From positions 512,001 through 576,000 of the forward strand of contig CAWCBP010000008.1 of the NCBI GenBank assembly GCA_963793865.1: 64,000 nt of DNA. Direction: 5' to 3'. This document shows positions 22,018 to 31,757 of the stretch, in pieces (position 1 is the first letter of the stretch; every line of letters begins with the position of its first letter). The position numbers and the translations under genes are program-made. The DNA is from an uncultured delta proteobacterium (GTDB lineage Bacteria; Desulfobacterota; WTBG01). Under the pieces are notes generated by a model, which made no database searches, had not been told where the DNA came from, and was given only the letters and a program-made list of their open reading frames with translations.

Positions 22018-22914
22018 TCAGCCGTAGGTGAAAAACCAGACGGTAGCCAGGTAGAGGAGAATATTAATGAGCAGGGGTTTGTCATCAAAAAGGATCCGTT
22101 CCGGACTTCCTCCCTCGCTCCTCTGATGAATGAGGTACAGGTAGCGAAAAATGCCGTAAAGGACAAAGGGTATGGTGTATTTCAAATTTTCCGTGTTGAA
22201 TTTCGCAATGGTATCGTCAGACATGGTATAGAGGGCATAGGCGACCACGGTTGAGGCGGTGACAACCGAGATCATCTGGTCGAGGAGGTCCGGACTGTAT
22301 TCATAGAGGATTTTGCGATGGTGCACCGCGTTGTCCTCCAGCAGCAGGATTTCATGTCTTCTCTTGCCCAGGGCAAGAAAGAGCGCCAGGAGGATGGTGC
22401 AGATGAGCAGCCAAGAGGATATGGGCACGCTGATGACCTCTGCGCCGGCAATGGCCCGCAGGACGAAGCCGGTGGCAACCGCCAGCACATCGAGGATGAC
22501 CACGTGCTTCAGCACCAGGGAATAGCCGACTTGCAGCATGAAGTATCCGAGCGCGGTGAAAGCGAAGTTGATGTTAAGCAGGAAGGCCGCCGCCAGCGAG
22601 ATGATCACAATCACCACGCCCGCAATGATTGCAGCCGTGGGCTTAAGCCTGCCGGAGGCAAGCGGCCTGGTGGATTTTTTCGGGTGCGACCGGTCCGCCT
22701 GCAGGTCAATAAGGTCATTGAGGATATACACGCTCCCCGACAGGAGACAGAAGATGATGAAGGCGATGGTGACCTGGCCGGTGAGGGAAAGGTTGAAAAG
22801 ATTGCGGGAAAAGATGAGCGCGGCGAAGACCAGCAGATTTTTTGTCCACTGTCGCGGCCGCATGGTCTTAAAGATCAGAAACCAGGTGTGGTTGTACACG
22901 AAAGCTTGCCTCAT
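22018..22914 (-). CDS. UbiA-family prenyltransferase (decaprenyl-phosphate phosphoribosyltransferase-like)
   Basis: RPRQWTKN, YILNDLIDLQADRSHPKKSTRPLASG, YSLVLKH, KRRHE. Start could be 22863. Confidence 0.9.
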   Translation of the reverse strand: MRQAFVYNHTWFLIFKTMRPRQWTKNLLVFAALIFSRNLFNLSLTGQVTIAFIIFCLLSGSVYILNDLIDLQADRSHPKKSTRPLASGRLKPTAAIIAGVVIVIISLAAAFLLNINFAFTALGYFMLQVGYSLVLKHVVILDVLAVATGFVLRAIAGAEVISVPISSWLLICTILLALFLALGKRRHEILLLEDNAVHHRKILYEYSPDLLDQMISVVTASTVVAYALYTMSDDTIAKFNTENLKYTIPFVLYGIFRYLYLIHQRSEGGSPERILFDDKPLLINILLYLATVWFFTYG

Positions 22915-22922
22915 GAGAACGG

Positions 22923-23276
22923 TCAGTGCGCTACCATCCATACCCCCGCGATAATGGAGACGAATCCGGCTACCTGCAACGGCGTTATGATCTCGTCCAG
23001 AAACAGCCAGGATGCCGCGATGACGATTATGATTCCGAGGCTGGTCATGAGCGGGTAGGCGATGCTCAGATTGATCTTGGCCAGCACATAACAGTAGGCA
23101 ATGAGCGCCAGGCCGAACGAAAGCAGGCCCAGGAAGAGCACGGGGTTGACGAGAGACTGCCTCACCATGCTGAGCAGATCGCCGGCTTCCCCCTGCCTGC
23201 GCATGGCAACTTTCATGAGTATGTTGGCCAGGGCATTAAGCGAAATGGCCAGGGACAGGACGATGTATGTGTTCAT
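22923..23276 (-). CDS. SMR/EamA-like 4-TM transporter (possible lipid-linked sugar flippase)
   Basis: NALANILMK, LSIAYP, 117 aa with four TMs, adjacent to the UbiA gene. Confidence 0.8.
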   Translation of the reverse strand: MNTYIVLSLAISLNALANILMKVAMRRQGEAGDLLSMVRQSLVNPVLFLGLLSFGLALIAYCYVLAKINLSIAYPLMTSLGIIIVIAASWLFLDEIITPLQVAGFVSIIAGVWMVAH

Positions 23277-23551
23277 GCAAAACGCTCCGGTCGGCCGCCG
23301 GGATAATGGTGCGGCATCTTTGAGATGGGATAGTAGTAAAAATCATCCCCGATAGCAAGCGTTTTTTAGCGCGAATGCGCCATGTGGTTGGCCCTGAGCA
23401 ATCCGTGGTGAGCGTCAGGCGTCATTGTCCATTCCGGCAACGCCGTGTTTTTCCGCTTCACAGGAATGTGCCTGCAACATGTTGAACCCGGATTACGTGC
23501 CTGACGGGGTGTGGTTGCCTGCTTACGGCTCCTCGTTAAAGCCGTGAACCG

Positions 23552-24226
23552 CTAAATCCATTGCACCCGCTTTAAGCCGGCTATGGCGGAGAGTTCGTGC
23601 ACGACGGCAAAATCCCTGATGTCTCTCTTCATCCGGATATCAATGTCGTAGATGACCTCCTGCTGCGCCAGGTGCTTATCCATGCTCACCCTGAGGATGT
23701 GCATGTGGTGGGCGGTGAGCACCTGCTCGATGGCAGGGAAGTTCTGGTCATCGCCGCTGATGAGCCTGACCGTTCTGTACCAGTTCCGCTTGAGAAAGGA
23801 TTCAAGGTAATGGAGCAGGTACAGGGCAACCAGGGTGATCATGCAGGTTATGATCGCGGGGAGGAAAAAACCGCAGCCGACCGCCAGCCCGACTGCCGCG
23901 ATGACCCACAAGCAGGCAGCGGTGGTCAGGCCGCGCACGATTTCCTTTGACTGGATGATGGTGCCTGCCCCCAGAAAGCCGATGCCGCTCATGGTCATGG
24001 CGGCGATGCGGCCGGGATCAAGCCTGAGCACGCTGTCTGCGGTATGCTCCTGAAAGAGAAAAAAAATGTAATTGGAGACCATCATGATCAGGGTGGAACC
24101 GGTGGCAACCAGAATGTGCGTCCGGAGCCCGGCGGCCCGCGCGTGCATCTCCCGCTCCAGGCCGATGAGTCCGCCTAAAAAAGCGGAAAGCACCAGTTTA
24201 ATTACTATCTCGGTTGTCGTATCCAT
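23552..24226 (-). CDS. MgtC/SapB family protein
   Basis: GGLIGLERE..AGLRTH, DPGRIAA, GIGFLGAG, GLTTAA.LW. Confidence 0.93.
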   Translation of the reverse strand: MDTTTEIVIKLVLSAFLGGLIGLEREMHARAAGLRTHILVATGSTLIMMVSNYIFFLFQEHTADSVLRLDPGRIAAMTMSGIGFLGAGTIIQSKEIVRGLTTAACLWVIAAVGLAVGCGFFLPAIITCMITLVALYLLHYLESFLKRNWYRTVRLISGDDQNFPAIEQVLTAHHMHILRVSMDKHLAQQEVIYDIDIRMKRDIRDFAVVHELSAIAGLKRVQWI

Positions 24227-24526
24227 GCTGTGCCCTCCCGCGGATATCATGCGCCGCGATGATGAAGCCTGATTCCCGTTCACCGCATGCAAGCATGTCA
24301 AAAAAGCATATTAAAATCAAGGTCATTATTTCGCGGGCAGCAAATTTTTTAAAACAAGCTTGACTAAAAAAAATGAATTTGCTAGTTTCGTTCTCTGTTT
24401 CATGTGCGCCACTAACAAAACGGGGGGATCACATTCTATCATGGAGGTAAATCATGGTAGAATGCTTTTTTAGGCGACTTGCACGGAAGGCCTGCGTGAC
24501 GGGGGCGAGCGTAGGGGATTGAAGAT

Positions 24527-25858
24527 ATGAGTGCCAGGGTAGAGATTGTCGACGCGAAAGAGGCTGACTACAGCCAGATCATGCACATTTTTAAAGAAAG
24601 CGGCCATGAGGTTGCCTTTGTTTCTTCCTGGAAGAAGGCGCTGAAACGCTTCAAGCGGGAAAAGCCGGACATACTTTTCCTTGCACCGGGGCTGCCGGAA
24701 CTGGGCGGCGTGGAGGCATTTACCAGAATAAAAAAGAACGGAGGATGTGCTGATATTTTCGCCGTCGTCGATTCACCGGAGCAGGGCATCGAGGCCATGC
24801 GCCAGGGTGCGGCATATTACTTTGTGCGGCCCTGCAGGCTGGATGAAGTCAACATTGTCACCGCCCGGTTTTTAGCCCAGCGCTGCTACCGGCAGCGGGT
24901 CGAGCGTCTCAGGCGCTCGTACCTTCAGCAGCTGGAAAGCGACGACCTGCTGGCGGTGAGCAAGACCATGAAGGAGCTCTATCAGCAGGTGATCAAGGTT
25001 GCCGAGGCCGGCACGCATCCCGTGCTGCTGGTGGGTGAAACCGGAACCGGGAAAGAGCTTTTGGCGCAGATTATCCATCTCCGCAGCCCGCACTTCATGT
25101 CTCCCTTCATTCCTCTCTGCTGCAAGGAAATCACCTCAAGCGGGCTGGATGCGTTTCTGCTCGAGCTGAGCAGGGAGAACCGCCCGTGCGCGGATGAGCC
25201 CGGGAACGGGCAGGCGCTGGAGGGGAACACCCTCTTTCTCTCGCACATTGATCATCTCAGCAAGGCGGATCAGGTCAAGGTGCTCAAATTCCTCAAGGGG
25301 AGAAGAACGGCGGAGCGGAAGGCCGGAAGGCATCCCTGGGGCCGCTGCGTGGTGGTGGCGACGAACGAAAACCTGAAAAAGCTGGTTGACGGGGGTAGAT
25401 TTAACAAGGAGCTGTATCATCTCCTGAGCAAGCGCGCGGTGCATATTCCTCCCCTGAGGAAGCGCCCCGCGGAAATTATGCCGTTGGCCCTGCACTTTAT
25501 CGAGGTTTTTAACAAGGCCTATGACCGGCAGGTTAAAAAGATTGATCCCGCCGTCAAGCACTACCTGGAGACCTGCGAGTGGCCCGGCAATGTGTCCGAA
25601 TTGAAAAATGTTATTGAGCATTGCGTGATCACCTCGCGCTCCGAGCACCTCACCATGGAGGCGCTGGAAATTAACGGCAACCGGCAGGTGATGTCCCTGG
25701 ATACGCTTCTTTTGAACGGCAGCTTTCTTTCCCTTGATGAGATGGTGGCCCTGTATGTCAAGACGGTGCTCAAAAAGGTAAAGGGCAACAAAAGCAGGGC
25801 GGCAAAGCTGCTGCGGGTGTCCCGCAACACGCTCAAGAAGAAATCGGTGGTCATCTAG
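24527..25858 (+). CDS. degenerate NtrC-like (REC-AAA+-Fis HTH) regulator
   Basis: GETGTGKE, PPLRKR, WPGNVSELKN, GNKSRAAKLL..SRNTL present. No GAFTGA, Walker B altered to LFLSHI. Confidence 0.85.
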   Translation: MSARVEIVDAKEADYSQIMHIFKESGHEVAFVSSWKKALKRFKREKPDILFLAPGLPELGGVEAFTRIKKNGGCADIFAVVDSPEQGIEAMRQGAAYYFVRPCRLDEVNIVTARFLAQRCYRQRVERLRRSYLQQLESDDLLAVSKTMKELYQQVIKVAEAGTHPVLLVGETGTGKELLAQIIHLRSPHFMSPFIPLCCKEITSSGLDAFLLELSRENRPCADEPGNGQALEGNTLFLSHIDHLSKADQVKVLKFLKGRRTAERKAGRHPWGRCVVVATNENLKKLVDGGRFNKELYHLLSKRAVHIPPLRKRPAEIMPLALHFIEVFNKAYDRQVKKIDPAVKHYLETCEWPGNVSELKNVIEHCVITSRSEHLTMEALEINGNRQVMSLDTLLLNGSFLSLDEMVALYVKTVLKKVKGNKSRAAKLLRVSRNTLKKKSVVI

Positions 25859-25990
25859 GCGGGTGGCTGCAGATGATTAAAAGAAGATTTTGAAAAATAG
25901 CGCGATTGAAACTGTCGTATAAGCGGTTTGCAAACGCTGCCGGTTACAGTACATCATCTAAAAACAGCACTTGATAGTGTGGAACGCAGC

Positions 25991-26029
25991 AAAAAAGCCT
26001 CTCGTCATTTTGCCCGAGAGGCTTTTTTT
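25991..26029. terminator. bidirectional terminator
   Basis: AAAAAAGCCTCTCG...CGAGAGGCTTTTTTT. Confidence 0.88.
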
Positions 26030-26121
26030 GTGTGCTTGAGCACGCTGCATGTGCGCAGCCTGTTTTTTCTCGGCAGTCGAGACCAGGCCTGTGCATCCTT
26101 CCGCGCTGCTTCCGGGGACGG

Positions 26122-26274
26122 CTACCGTTTTACTTTCTTGGCGTAGCAGTCTTTGCAGTAAACGGGCCGGTCTCCACTGGGCTTGAAAGGCACTTCGCAC
26201 TCTTTCTTGCAGCCTGAACAGACCGCTTTATGCATTTCCCGTGGGCGTTTATCGTACCTGTCTTCATAAGCCAT
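26122..26274 (-). CDS. CxxC-x17-CxxC zinc-ribbon protein, 50 aa (not in ORF track)
   Basis: MAYEDRYDKRPREMHKAVCSGCKKECEVPFKPSGDRPVYCKDCYAKKVKR with AAGGAGG SD. Confidence 0.9.
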   Translation of the reverse strand: MAYEDRYDKRPREMHKAVCSGCKKECEVPFKPSGDRPVYCKDCYAKKVKR

Positions 26275-26382
26275 GCTGCTTCCTCCTTTGCGATACCTGC
26301 CGCCAGGTACCGGGTTAGTGAATTAACCCACTTCGTTACGTGGTAATAAAATGGCAACCCTTATCCGGCTGCCCTGCGTGTT

Positions 26383-26583
26383 TCACATCCCTGTAACATT
26401 AACCGCCTGAGGACCTCGTAACCCGTCCTTTATCTCAAAGGTTACCTCCTGCCCCTTGGTAAGCGTTTTGATGCCGTCCCCCTGGATGCTTTTGTAATGC
26501 ACAAATATATCGGTTCCATTCTCCTGGGTTAAAAACCCGTAGCCCTTCCTCTGATGAAACCAGCTCACGGTTCCTTTCTGCAT
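26383..26583 (-). CDS. cold-shock domain protein
   Basis: KGTVSWF...KGYGFL (RNP1), DIFVHY (RNP2), GPQAVNV. AAGGAGGTG SD. Confidence 0.95.
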   Translation of the reverse strand: MQKGTVSWFHQRKGYGFLTQENGTDIFVHYKSIQGDGIKTLTKGQEVTFEIKDGLRGPQAVNVTGM

Positions 26584-26732
26584 ATCCTCTCACCTCCTTT
26601 CCTCACAGCTTCACTTGAAGCTATCCGCCTTTAATCTTTCACTGCAAGAAAGGAAATGGGCTTGTAAGAAACCGTGTTTTCTGCTTTCCAACAACAAAAA
26701 TAATTAAAGTAAAATAACTGAAGTGTTCAACC

Positions 26733-26762
26733 ACAATATCATATCTGCTTACCATCTGTCAA
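26733..26762 (-). promoter_or_regulatory. sigma70-type promoter of csp, giving a ~140-nt 5' UTR
   Basis: Minus strand TTGACA-N18-TATTGT with extended TG. Confidence 0.5.
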
Positions 26763-26875
26763 CCTCCAATGGGTGATCCGTGTTTTTTTGAGCGCAGACA
26801 GCAAAAAGAAGGCTGAATGGACAGAACCGGCCGGAGATATTCAATTCCCATCCGCCCCTGCCTTTAAAAGATAAC

Positions 26876-27008
26876 TTGACTTTTTGTCAGTACTCAGGTA
26901 TGTATAAGCTCACTCATAAAGGATTGTAACCTTTAATCTAAAATCCAGTAAGTTTTGAAGACAGAACCCATGGGATTTTTCATTAAATCCCATGGGTTCT
27001 TTATATTT
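26876..27008 (+). promoter_or_regulatory. promoter and leader terminator-like hairpin upstream of the DEAD-box gene
   Basis: TTGACT-N17-TATGTA, then a perfect 16-bp stem AGAACCCATGGGATTT/AAATCCCATGGGTTCT with T-rich tail. Confidence 0.6.
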
Positions 27009-27149
27009 CCTGGAAAATCAAACAGATAACCAAGGAGTATCTGCGCGCAAGGTCAGTCAACAGTAGAAAAAAGCTTACAATTCGCAGGGTGAACACAATC
27101 GCAGCATCATTATGCACGGTAACTTTAATGGAAGGAGCAGAATTACAGT

Positions 27150-28442
27150 ATGAATTTCGATAAATTTAATTTACACGCAAACATCACTGCCGGTGTTCGG
27201 GCGCATGGCTACACCGAGCCAACCCCGATCCAGTCGCAATCAATACCGCCGATATTGGCAGGAAAAGATGTCCTGGGCCTTGCCCAGACAGGAACAGGTA
27301 AGACAGCGGCGTTTGTGCTGCCGATATTACAGCGCCTGGTGCACGGACGCCGGGGAGTTGTCCGCGCTCTGATTATAGCACCAACGCGCGAACTGACCGA
27401 ACAGACCCATCACGCCATCGGTCGCCTGGGCGGTAAAACCAGGCTCCGCAGCGCCAGCATCTACGGCGGCGTAAGCATACTCCCCCAGATCAGCACATTG
27501 CGCAGAGGGGTGGACATGGTCTCGGCCTGCCCCGGCCGTCTGCTGGACCATATCAGCCGGGGAACCATCGATCTATCAGCCGTCGAGGTGCTGGTCCTGG
27601 ACGAGGCTGACCTGATGTTCGACATGGGGTTTTTTCCGGACATCAAGAAGATCGTGAAGCAGCTTCCCGTCCGCCGCCAGACGCTCCTCTTCTCCGCCAC
27701 CATGCCCGACGATGTGCTGTCCCTGGCAACGGAAACCATGAAAGATCCGGTCAGGGTGCAAATAGGGCACACCGCCCCGGCGGATACGGTATCCCACACC
27801 TTCTACCCGGTGGAGACCCATCTCAAAACCGCTTTGCTGAAGCACCTTCTCAGCAGTACGGAAACGGGACCGGTGCTTGTTTTTACCCGCACCAAGATGC
27901 GCGCAACCAGCGTCGGACAGAAGCTGGCACGGGCCGGCTACAATGCCATTGCCCTGCACGGCAACCTGTCGCAAAACAAACGGCAGGAAGCGCTTGATGG
28001 TTTCCGCAGCGGAAGGTATAAGGTTCTGGTTGCGACTGACGTTGCCGCGCGCGGGATTGATGTGTGCGGAGTTTCCCACGTGATTAATTATGATATTCCC
28101 GACACGGAACGCGCCTATACCCATCGCATCGGCCGCACCGGACGTGCCTGTAACACCGGCGACGCATTTACCTTTGTCACCAGCAGCGACAAGGAGCCCG
28201 CATATTCCATCATGCGCGTTTTGGGCAATAAGCTCAGGCACCGCACCATAAAGGCTTTGGACGCCGGTTCTTCCCCTGATGAAGGTGATGCGGTTCGCAG
28301 GCATGGCGGGGGAAGGTTTGCCAACAGGAGCAGGGCAGCCGCCGGCAGGCCTGGTCGGAGGCGCAACTCAGCGCATTCATCCGTGCCGGGAGGTTCCCGC
28401 GGAAATGACAGAATCGGCAGGGAGCGGGCCCTGGCTGTCTGA
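27150..28442 (+). CDS. DEAD-box RNA helicase (RhlE-like)
   Basis: Q motif, AQTGTGKT, PTREL, DEAD, SAT, ARGID, HRIGRTGR, basic Gly-rich tail. Confidence 0.96.
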   Translation: MNFDKFNLHANITAGVRAHGYTEPTPIQSQSIPPILAGKDVLGLAQTGTGKTAAFVLPILQRLVHGRRGVVRALIIAPTRELTEQTHHAIGRLGGKTRLRSASIYGGVSILPQISTLRRGVDMVSACPGRLLDHISRGTIDLSAVEVLVLDEADLMFDMGFFPDIKKIVKQLPVRRQTLLFSATMPDDVLSLATETMKDPVRVQIGHTAPADTVSHTFYPVETHLKTALLKHLLSSTETGPVLVFTRTKMRATSVGQKLARAGYNAIALHGNLSQNKRQEALDGFRSGRYKVLVATDVAARGIDVCGVSHVINYDIPDTERAYTHRIGRTGRACNTGDAFTFVTSSDKEPAYSIMRVLGNKLRHRTIKALDAGSSPDEGDAVRRHGGGRFANRSRAAAGRPGRRRNSAHSSVPGGSRGNDRIGRERALAV

Positions 28443-28543
28443 CCATCTGCAGTAACCGCCCGTATGATGCGCTGACGGACGGGCATCATGGCGCGGTCGA
28501 AATTTCGAAAGATGAGCCTTAAGAAAGAAGGAGCCGGGAGCGG

Positions 28544-30304
28544 ATGTCACCAGACGACATGAACATCCAGGTAAGGCATCTTGTGGCCATGGGAAAAGAA
28601 AAGGGCTTTGTCACCTGCGACGAGGTTAACGACATCCTGCCCTCGGACATCTTTTCACCACAGCAAATCGATGAAATGCTGGCACTGCTCGGGGAGATGA
28701 ATATAGAAATAGCCGAGCCGCTCCCGGTGCCGGGCATTCTGCACGGCTCGTCTCCGGCGGCGATGGAAAAAGATGAAAACGGTTCCGTCGACGGGGAATT
28801 GGATGCATCATCGTTTGATGCTTTTAAAGATCCTGTGGGCATGTATTTGCGGCAGATTGGCTCCATATCCCTGCTGAGCCGCGATGAAGAGACGGCAATA
28901 GCAAAACGCATAGAGGAAGGGGAAACGGAATTCGCCGCGGCTGTCCTGCGCGCCCCCATCACGGTTGCGGAAATTATGAGCATCGGTGAAGACCTGAGAG
29001 GCAGGCATCTCTCAATCAGGGAGGTTATAAAGGGTTTTGATGATGAAGAAACCGATATTGATGAGGAACCGCACACACGGAAAGTTCTTGCTTTAATTGA
29101 GAGGGTCGGCAGACGCCGGCGGTTAACCCTGGAATTGCTCAAGCAGCTCACCCGCTCACACCTCGGCACAGCCGCGAAGCAAGAGTTGCGGAAGAAGGCG
29201 GAGCGCAGCGCCGAAAAGATGCATGCGCTCATCGAGCGCATTAATCTCAGCAAGGCCCGGATTGAAACGGTTGCGCACAAACTGCGGCGCCTGCTCCAAA
29301 GGCTGGAAAAAGCGGAGGGTGAGATCAGTCAATGCTCGGCAGCCGCACACATGCCTGCCGCGGAATTGCAAAGGCAGCTTCGCAGGGTTGAAAAAAGCCC
29401 GCACGCAACAACCAGGACGCCGGGGGTGAAGGGTGTCCCCGCAAAAGCGTTGTTGGCGTATGGTCAGGTCATGAAAAACGCTCATCGGGAGATCAGGCTG
29501 ATCGAAGCGGAGTCGGGCCTGGATGCGCAATCACTGAAGCGGGTTGTCAGATCCATGGAAGACGCGCAGCTTAAGGCCAAACTTGCACGCGATGAGCTGG
29601 TCAGGGCCAATTTGAGGCTGGTTATCAGCCTTGCCAGAAAGTACAGCAAGCGGGGGCTGCAGCTGCTGGACCTGATTCAGGAAGGCAACATAGGGCTCAT
29701 CAAGGCGGTTGAGAAATTTGACTATCATCGGGGCTACAAGTTCAGTACCTATGCGGTGTGGTGGATCAGGCAGGCCATCACCAGGGCCATTGCGGACCAG
29801 GCACGGACCATTAGAATCCCGGTGCACATGATCGAAAACATCAATAAGCTGATGAGCGCCTCGCACCGCATGGTGCAAAAACTGGGCAGGGAACCATCAC
29901 CGGAGGAGGTCGCAAAAAGCACCGAGTTGCCTCTGGACAAGGTAAGCAGCGTCCTCACCATCGCCAGGCACACCATCTCATTGCAAAATCCTGTGGGAGA
30001 TGAACGGGAGAGTCAGCTGGGCGATTTTATTGAAGACAAACATGTTGCGCTGCAGGGGGATGTCGCCCTTTACAACAGCCTGCAGGAGCAGACGGTCAAG
30101 GCATTATCCACCCTGACCCCCCGCGAGGAAAAGGTCATACGCATGAGATTCGGCATAGGAGAAAAAGCAGACCATACGCTTGAAGAAGTGGGCCAGGATT
30201 TCGATGTGACCAGGGAGCGGATCAGGCAGATCGAGGAGAAGGCCCTGCGGAAGCTCAGGCACCACAGCAGGAGTAAAAAATTAAGATCTTTTTTTGAAAG
30301 TTAA
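28544..30304 (+). CDS. rpoD: RpoD-like group 1 sigma factor (regions 1.1, NCR, 2, 3, 4), probably a paralogue
   Basis: [63 protein letters not shown]. Confidence 0.88.
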   Translation: MSPDDMNIQVRHLVAMGKEKGFVTCDEVNDILPSDIFSPQQIDEMLALLGEMNIEIAEPLPVPGILHGSSPAAMEKDENGSVDGELDASSFDAFKDPVGMYLRQIGSISLLSRDEETAIAKRIEEGETEFAAAVLRAPITVAEIMSIGEDLRGRHLSIREVIKGFDDEETDIDEEPHTRKVLALIERVGRRRRLTLELLKQLTRSHLGTAAKQELRKKAERSAEKMHALIERINLSKARIETVAHKLRRLLQRLEKAEGEISQCSAAAHMPAAELQRQLRRVEKSPHATTRTPGVKGVPAKALLAYGQVMKNAHREIRLIEAESGLDAQSLKRVVRSMEDAQLKAKLARDELVRANLRLVISLARKYSKRGLQLLDLIQEGNIGLIKAVEKFDYHRGYKFSTYAVWWIRQAITRAIADQARTIRIPVHMIENINKLMSASHRMVQKLGREPSPEEVAKSTELPLDKVSSVLTIARHTISLQNPVGDERESQLGDFIEDKHVALQGDVALYNSLQEQTVKALSTLTPREEKVIRMRFGIGEKADHTLEEVGQDFDVTRERIRQIEEKALRKLRHHSRSKKLRSFFES

Positions 30305-30668
30305 GAAGATGCTGAGATGGAAAGGACCCGTCCGATGTTCAGAGAAGGCACCTGTCTTCGGCGGTTAATAAAATCAACATATCCCCGCCTCCTGTTTCTT
30401 CCAGCCGCCCGCCTGTCAGGGCTTTTTTCTTCCGTAGACCATTGACTACCAGCCGTCACCGATTGCTCTACCCTCAATTGTTTGCATCCGCCGACACCGG
30501 CATGATACATGCTTTGCTTACGGCTAGTGGACCGCAGTTGCTTCTAAAGCCTCCACACTGAACCCTCACCCCTGTTCACTGGCATTTATGTGTAATAAAT
30601 AATAATTGTTGCAAATATTCCTGAAATGTGATATTTTCCTGAACAAGAAAATATTGGAAATTAGGAAA

Positions 30669-31757
30669 ATGCCCACCAAACAAGAAATAATCGAAGAGCT
30701 TAAAAAAGGAAGGATTTTGTTTCCTCCCTTGTCATTCCGGTTTCTGCAACTTGCTGATGCGAGAGGGAAATATATTAATTTTGATGCCCTCGTTGAAGCG
30801 TCCTGGCAGAAATGGACGGCCAGGTTTGCTGTGGAGATCAAAGCAAACTGGACCCCAAAAGCGTTTCAGAGCGCCATCAACTCCCTGAAAGCATCTTCGC
30901 TCCCGCGGGGGTATCAGCCCATGCTTATCATGCCCTTCCTCAGCGAACAGCAGTTGCAGGGGCTGGAGAGGGAAAAGCTGAGCGGTATCGATCTGTGCGG
31001 AAACGGGGTCGTGGTCGTACCGGGCAGCATCGGCGTAATCCGCAGTGGAGGGAAAAACCGTTTCACATCTTCGGCGCCGATCAAAAATATTTATCGTAAA
31101 AACAGTTCCATGGTGAGTCGGGTTTTCCTCATTCAATCCGGCTACGCCACGGTTCAAGCTGTTTGCAATGAAATCAACCGGCGAAACATGCTTTTACAAT
31201 ATGGGGTTAAGACGCCCATGAGCTTATCGACAGTGTCCAAATCATTGAAGGCCCTGGAGGAGGATCTGATCATTGAGCGCAATGGCGTCATCCGCTTGCT
31301 TCAAGCAGATAAGCTGCTCGAAAAGCTGCGTGCAAACTATCTTCCTCCGAAAGTAAAAGAGAGGGTGCGGCTTAAAGTCTCGGGAACAGGCGCAACGGTC
31401 CCGGAACTATTGCCCAGGCTAGCACGGGATTTGCAGCTACCCCTTGTTGCTGTCGGGTCGTCATCAGTTACACAATACGCGGCAATGCAGCGAGGGGATG
31501 TTTTAACCGTTTACTGCCCCCGCCTGGGAACGCTGCTGGAGAGGCTGCCCGGCAGTCAATCGGATCGTTTCCCGAATCTTGAACTTATCGAGACTGATGA
31601 CGAAACGGTCTTTTTCGATGCCCGTCAGGAAGAAAATTTCTGGTGGGCCTCGCCGGTGCAGGTGTACTTGGAGTTGACTGCGGGGGACAAGCGGGACCGG
31701 GAAACCGCCGAACAGGTGAAGTCACTCATCATGAAGAATCTTCAGCCCATACCATGA
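30669..31757 (+). CDS. putative AbiEi-like antitoxin/transcriptional regulator
   Basis: N-terminal nuclease-like fold (FDA..VEIK), central HTH (SLSTVSKSLKALEE), C-terminal SPVQVYLEL...KRDRETAE. ATGA overlap with the next gene. Confidence 0.6.
   Translation: MPTKQEIIEELKKGRILFPPLSFRFLQLADARGKYINFDALVEASWQKWTARFAVEIKANWTPKAFQSAINSLKASSLPRGYQPMLIMPFLSEQQLQGLEREKLSGIDLCGNGVVVVPGSIGVIRSGGKNRFTSSAPIKNIYRKNSSMVSRVFLIQSGYATVQAVCNEINRRNMLLQYGVKTPMSLSTVSKSLKALEEDLIIERNGVIRLLQADKLLEKLRANYLPPKVKERVRLKVSGTGATVPELLPRLARDLQLPLVAVGSSSVTQYAAMQRGDVLTVYCPRLGTLLERLPGSQSDRFPNLELIETDDETVFFDARQEENFWWASPVQVYLELTAGDKRDRETAEQVKSLIMKNLQPIP

Noticed and set aside
23280..23550. Possible structured ncRNA (CGTCAGGC/GCCTGACG inverted repeat)
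   Set aside because: Only short stems, with no match to RNA families I recognise.
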